From an uncultured Acidobacteriota bacterium (GTDB taxonomy: Bacteria > Acidobacteriota > Thermoanaerobaculia > Gp7-AA8): 64,000 nt of DNA. The notes under the pieces are model-generated. The model worked only from the letters and a program-made list of their open reading frames with translations, was not told the DNA's origin and searched no databases. How positions within the stretch are numbered: the stretch's first letter is position 1; each line of letters opens with the position of its first letter. Made by a program: the position numbers and the translations under genes. Where the stretch lies: assembly GCA_963741955.1 (NCBI GenBank), contig CAVUKB010000007.1:1235628-1299627 (forward strand). Direction: 5' to 3'. Shown here one piece after another: positions 60,968-64,000 of this stretch.

Positions 60968-61441
60968 TCATCCCTCCTCGTCCAGGCCGAACGCTTCTTT
61001 CAAGACCTCTGCATCGATTCGATCGACGGCGCGAACCGTACCGCGTTTCATCCGAAACAGCGTTCGAGGTGTCGCAACGCGAACCCTCACACCGGCGACG
61101 TTCATCGTCTCCCACTCCAGGTCATCGAATGCGACCGCCGAACCGAGTCGCCCCAGCAGGTCGATGAAGAAGTCGCCCGTTGGGGGCCCGTAACGGATCG
61201 TCGGATAGTCGCCAGCGAGATCCTCGGCAGAGATCTCGCCGATGGATGCGTCCTGGTACACAGACCGAAGAGCATCCCGGAGATGGGCGACGTTCTCCGA
61301 AGTGGGGCGAACGAAGAGATCGACGTCGTTCGTGGCGCGCTCGAAACCGTGAAGACCGACCGCCACGCCGCCGACCAGAACGTACTCGACCTCGAAACGA
61401 TCGAGAGCGGCGAAGATCGCAAGGACGTCGTCGAACTGCAT
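60968..61441 (-). CDS. Minimal nucleotidyltransferase family protein
   Basis: YVLVGGVAVGLHGFERATNDVDLFV (GG..DxD), IDLL and MKRGTVRAVDRID. Confidence 0.85.
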   Translation of the reverse strand: MQFDDVLAIFAALDRFEVEYVLVGGVAVGLHGFERATNDVDLFVRPTSENVAHLRDALRSVYQDASIGEISAEDLAGDYPTIRYGPPTGDFFIDLLGRLGSAVAFDDLEWETMNVAGVRVRVATPRTLFRMKRGTVRAVDRIDAEVLKEAFGLDEEG

Positions 61442-61504
61442 CGTGTCATTCTCCCATGCTCTTCTCCCCGAAAAAACCGGAGCAGGGCGATGGCGCAATC
61501 CGTC

Positions 61505-61569
61505 TGACAAGGAAGTTTGACACAATCGAGGTCACGACCTACCATCCCAACTGACAAGCCGACTTGACA
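61505..61569 (+). promoter_or_regulatory. Sigma70 promoter with two TGACAAG-N4-YTTGACA operator-like boxes
   Basis: TTGACA (61517-22), 17-nt spacer, TACCAT (61540-45); boxes at 61505-61522 and 61552-61569. Confidence 0.75.
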
Positions 61570-61781
61570 TGGCGCCGACCGTAAAGAACAGGGTGAAAGA
61601 GCTCCGGACGGAGCGTGGATGGACCCAGCAGGATCTCGCGGACGCGGTCGGCGTGTCGCGCCAGAGCATCAACTCGATCGAGCGGGATCGGTACGAACCG
61701 AGCCTGGCGCTGGCGCTGAAGTTCGCGCGAGTCTTCCGCTGCGCGACGGACGACATCTTCACGCTGGAGGGGAAGAAATGA
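61569..61781 (+). CDS. XRE/HTH_3 transcriptional regulator
   Basis: NRVKELRTERGWTQQDLADAVGVSRQSINSIERDRYEPSLALA. Confidence 0.95.
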   Translation: MAPTVKNRVKELRTERGWTQQDLADAVGVSRQSINSIERDRYEPSLALALKFARVFRCATDDIFTLEGKK

Positions 61782-61999
61782 AGCTGCCGATTCTCGGATG
61801 GACGATCGACGAGCGATTCCTCACACACCGGCTGCGCTCGACGAGCATCGGCGGGATGGCGGCGGTCGTGGTCGCGGGAGGGCTCTTCTTCTACCACCTC
61901 GTCGCGGAGCACCAGACCCGGTGGGAGCTCTTCGCGATCATCGCGACGGCGGCGGTGGTGAAGATGTCGCTCATGGTCTGGTATCACATGACGGATTGA
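61778..61999 (+). CDS. Small 2-TM membrane protein (DUF2178-like)
   Basis: ATGA overlap with the XRE gene; DER motif followed by two TM helices. Confidence 0.7.
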   Translation: MKLPILGWTIDERFLTHRLRSTSIGGMAAVVVAGGLFFYHLVAEHQTRWELFAIIATAAVVKMSLMVWYHMTD

Positions 62000-62012
62000 A
62001 CTGGAGAGAAGG

Positions 62013-62237
62013 ATGATTTTTCGACGTCCCATCAGAACCGAGGCTCTGTTTTTCTTCGGTGCGCTCACTCTCGCGGTCTGGAGCACTCTGCAGCACTTCA
62101 TCGACCGCTCGGGCCACGGAACCAATACGACTGATTTCCTCCTCGGCTTCCTCTTCGGAGTGAGCGTCGGCCTCCTGATGCTGACCGCGTGGCGGATCGG
62201 AAGACGGCGACACGGCGAGCCAGACGGCTGCAAGTGA
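62013..62237 (+). CDS. Small 2-TM membrane protein
   Basis: GGAG RBS; two hydrophobic segments (DFLLGFLFGVSVGLL). Confidence 0.65.
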   Translation: MIFRRPIRTEALFFFGALTLAVWSTLQHFIDRSGHGTNTTDFLLGFLFGVSVGLLMLTAWRIGRRRHGEPDGCK

Positions 62238-62498
62238 AACGCGTGTTCGCGGTCAGCCGCGCCAGGAACTGCGTGTTCAGGCGACCCATGCAGGGTCATT
62301 CAGCCGCCAGCGGAGCCTCCACCTCCGCGCTTCGAGCCTCCCGCATCGCAGGTGGCAAAACATTGACATTTATTGATAAGTGTCTAGAACGCCTCGCCCG
62401 GATTTTCGGCGAGTCGCCACCGCTACGCACCTCGAATCCGAACAAATTTGGTCTCGCTGCTCCGCTTTCTCGCTACGGACGTTTCTATCGCGCAGACT

Positions 62499-62686
62499 CC
62501 TAGCCCGCATTTCTCACACCATCTCGTCGCGAGGAGGCGGAGAGCAGCCTGGATGCAAGGCGCACCCCGCTTCGGCGACGAAGGCATAGTGGTGACTATG
62601 TTGAGGAGCCGAAGCAGGGGTGCAACGCAGCAGACAGGCCGCTCTCCGTCTCCGCAGCAGAGATGATGTGAGAAATGCGGGCTAGG
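62499..62686. mobile_element. MITE-like element with 27-bp terminal inverted repeats and CTAG at both ends
   Basis: CCTAGCCCGCATTTCTCACACCATCTC (62499-62525) versus GAGATGATGTGAGAAATGCGGGCTAGG (62660-62686), one mismatch; no transposase. Confidence 0.8.
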
Positions 62687-62690
62687 CACG

Positions 62691-62855
62691 GTGGAGAGCA
62701 ACGGCTGGCAGGTCGGCCCAAGGTCAGGACATCGCGCCCCAGATGTCCGCCGTCGAGTGGACACGCGCCTGCGAGTCTCGCTCGCGCAAGTCAATCCCGA
62801 TTTCTCAAACGAAGCGCTCGAGGATGCGTGGCGCAAGCTCACCCGGCCGGGAAGG
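62691..62855 (+). pseudogene. Remnant of a type I restriction subunit HsdR N-terminus
   Basis: ESNGWQV..APD..RLRVSLAQVNPDFSNEALEDAWRKLTRP resembles HsdR N-termini (RLRxALxxLNP....EALEDAxRKL); it is degenerate and truncated. Confidence 0.55.
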
Positions 62856-62899
62856 AAGGCCGGTGCTGGAGCAGCGGAAAGGCTCATTTACATCGAAAC

Positions 62900-63709
62900 C
62901 TACGCTCCCACCGCAGACTCGCTCCGCTCCCACAGCTCCCGAGCGACCTCGGGATCGTGCGCCTGTTTGCTCGTGCGTGCGCGTTTCCTTCTCACGTAGT
63001 ACCCGCCCGGCGACCACCCCTCGCCCGGCGCGGTCGTGGCGAGCCACACCATGGTGTCCGCTCCCTTCTCGGGCGAGATCATGAAGAACCGGCCGATTGC
63101 GGCTTCGTAGAAGAACCGAACCAGAGGGGCGCCCTCTCTCGCGAAGCCCGTCGCAACGACGCCCGGATGGAACGAGACTCCACTCACACCGCGGAAACGG
63201 CGGTTGATCTCGGACGCATGGAGGATGTTCATCAGCTTCGCGGTCCCGTAGGCGCGCATCGCCTTGTAGTCTCGCTGGTTCTCGAAATCCGAAAAGTCGA
63301 TCCGTCCGATCCGATGTGCGCCACTGGAGGTGTCGATCACCGTCGCATTCGACTCCTCGAGCCTCTCACGCAGAAGAAGTGTCAGAAGGAATCCGCCGAG
63401 GTGGTTCACCTGGAGCGTCTTCTCGTGGCCGTCGGGTGTGACCTGGCGGGTCGCAATCACGCCGCCGACGTTGTTCGCGAGGACGTCGATCCTCGGGTAG
63501 TTCGCCAGGAGACGATCGGCGAGGGCATGGACGTCCGCGAGTTTCGCGCAATCGGCGAGGTGAGGATCCGCTCCGATCTCGCGTGCGAGCCGCTCCGTCT
63601 CGTCGGAACGTCCGGTGATCGCGACGGTCGCGCCCTGGCGCCGCAGGGCCCGCGCGGCCGCCGCTCCGATCCCGGAGCTTCCTCCCGTGATGACGACGAC
63701 TCGGCTCAT
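62900..63709 (-). CDS. Short-chain dehydrogenase/reductase (retinol dehydrogenase-like)
   Basis: TGGSSGIG, NNVGG, QVNHLG, YGTAK and HPGVVAT. Confidence 0.93.
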   Translation of the reverse strand: MSRVVVITGGSSGIGAAAARALRRQGATVAITGRSDETERLAREIGADPHLADCAKLADVHALADRLLANYPRIDVLANNVGGVIATRQVTPDGHEKTLQVNHLGGFLLTLLLRERLEESNATVIDTSSGAHRIGRIDFSDFENQRDYKAMRAYGTAKLMNILHASEINRRFRGVSGVSFHPGVVATGFAREGAPLVRFFYEAAIGRFFMISPEKGADTMVWLATTAPGEGWSPGGYYVRRKRARTSKQAHDPEVARELWERSESAVGA

Positions 63710-64000
63710 GTCGATGACGAGCGTTGCACGTTCCCGGCCGGGCCGCAAGAAGAGAGACGTTCCGCTCGCGCGGAATCCGGAGTTCGTGGACCGTAAAACT
63801 CACCGGCGAGGGAAGGTCGATGAGAATCCCCGCGCGCACGACGACCTCTGCTTCGACCTTATACGCACGGTTGTGGAAGCGTGCGGATAAGTCTCGTTAC
63901 GCTCGGAGGTTTTCCCGTCCGGATGTGGCGCACATCGAATTCGAAATCCGAAATGGGTGGTGGACCGGGCGACGAAATCCGAAATGGCCGGGAGGGGGTT

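Noticed and set aside
63930-64000. Short CGAAATC heptamer-like repeats at the window end
   Set aside because: Only two or three degenerate copies, with the context cut off by the window edge.

Overview
High-GC bacterial window whose gene content resembles Acidobacteria such as Thermoanaerobaculia (inference). Left part: a 5'-truncated Ser/Thr kinase-beta-propeller gene, then a Cyc2-like cytochrome-porin and a cytochrome c gene bracketed by two large hairpin-rich tandem arrays (6 x ~225 bp, and 11 x [~188 bp + variable 7-mer tract]). Next come hemerythrin, a PilZ protein, gdhA with a PPDK_N/receiver-like partner, and a methyltransferase followed by a 40-copy heptamer tract. An IS701/IS4-like element follows, with 13-bp TIRs, a 20-bp palindromic target duplication and an AbrB-like ORF that could fuse to the transposase across an A9 run. 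After it lies a CzcCBA-type RND operon headed by a CxxC/RAPP leader ORF. A ~31-kb carbohydrate locus (29.7-60.5 kb) carries three copies of a LacI-type operator, three unrelated exported deacetylases, GH2 (CsxA-like), GH3, GH42-like and GH9 enzymes, two ROK proteins, a SIS protein, MFS/SSS transporters and a TonB-dependent receptor, suggesting a deacetylation-first amino-sugar polymer pathway. Right end: a nucleotidyltransferase pair, an XRE cassette, a MITE, an hsdR remnant and an SDR. No rRNA, tRNA or true CRISPR array was recognised. All calls are by eye, without database searches.
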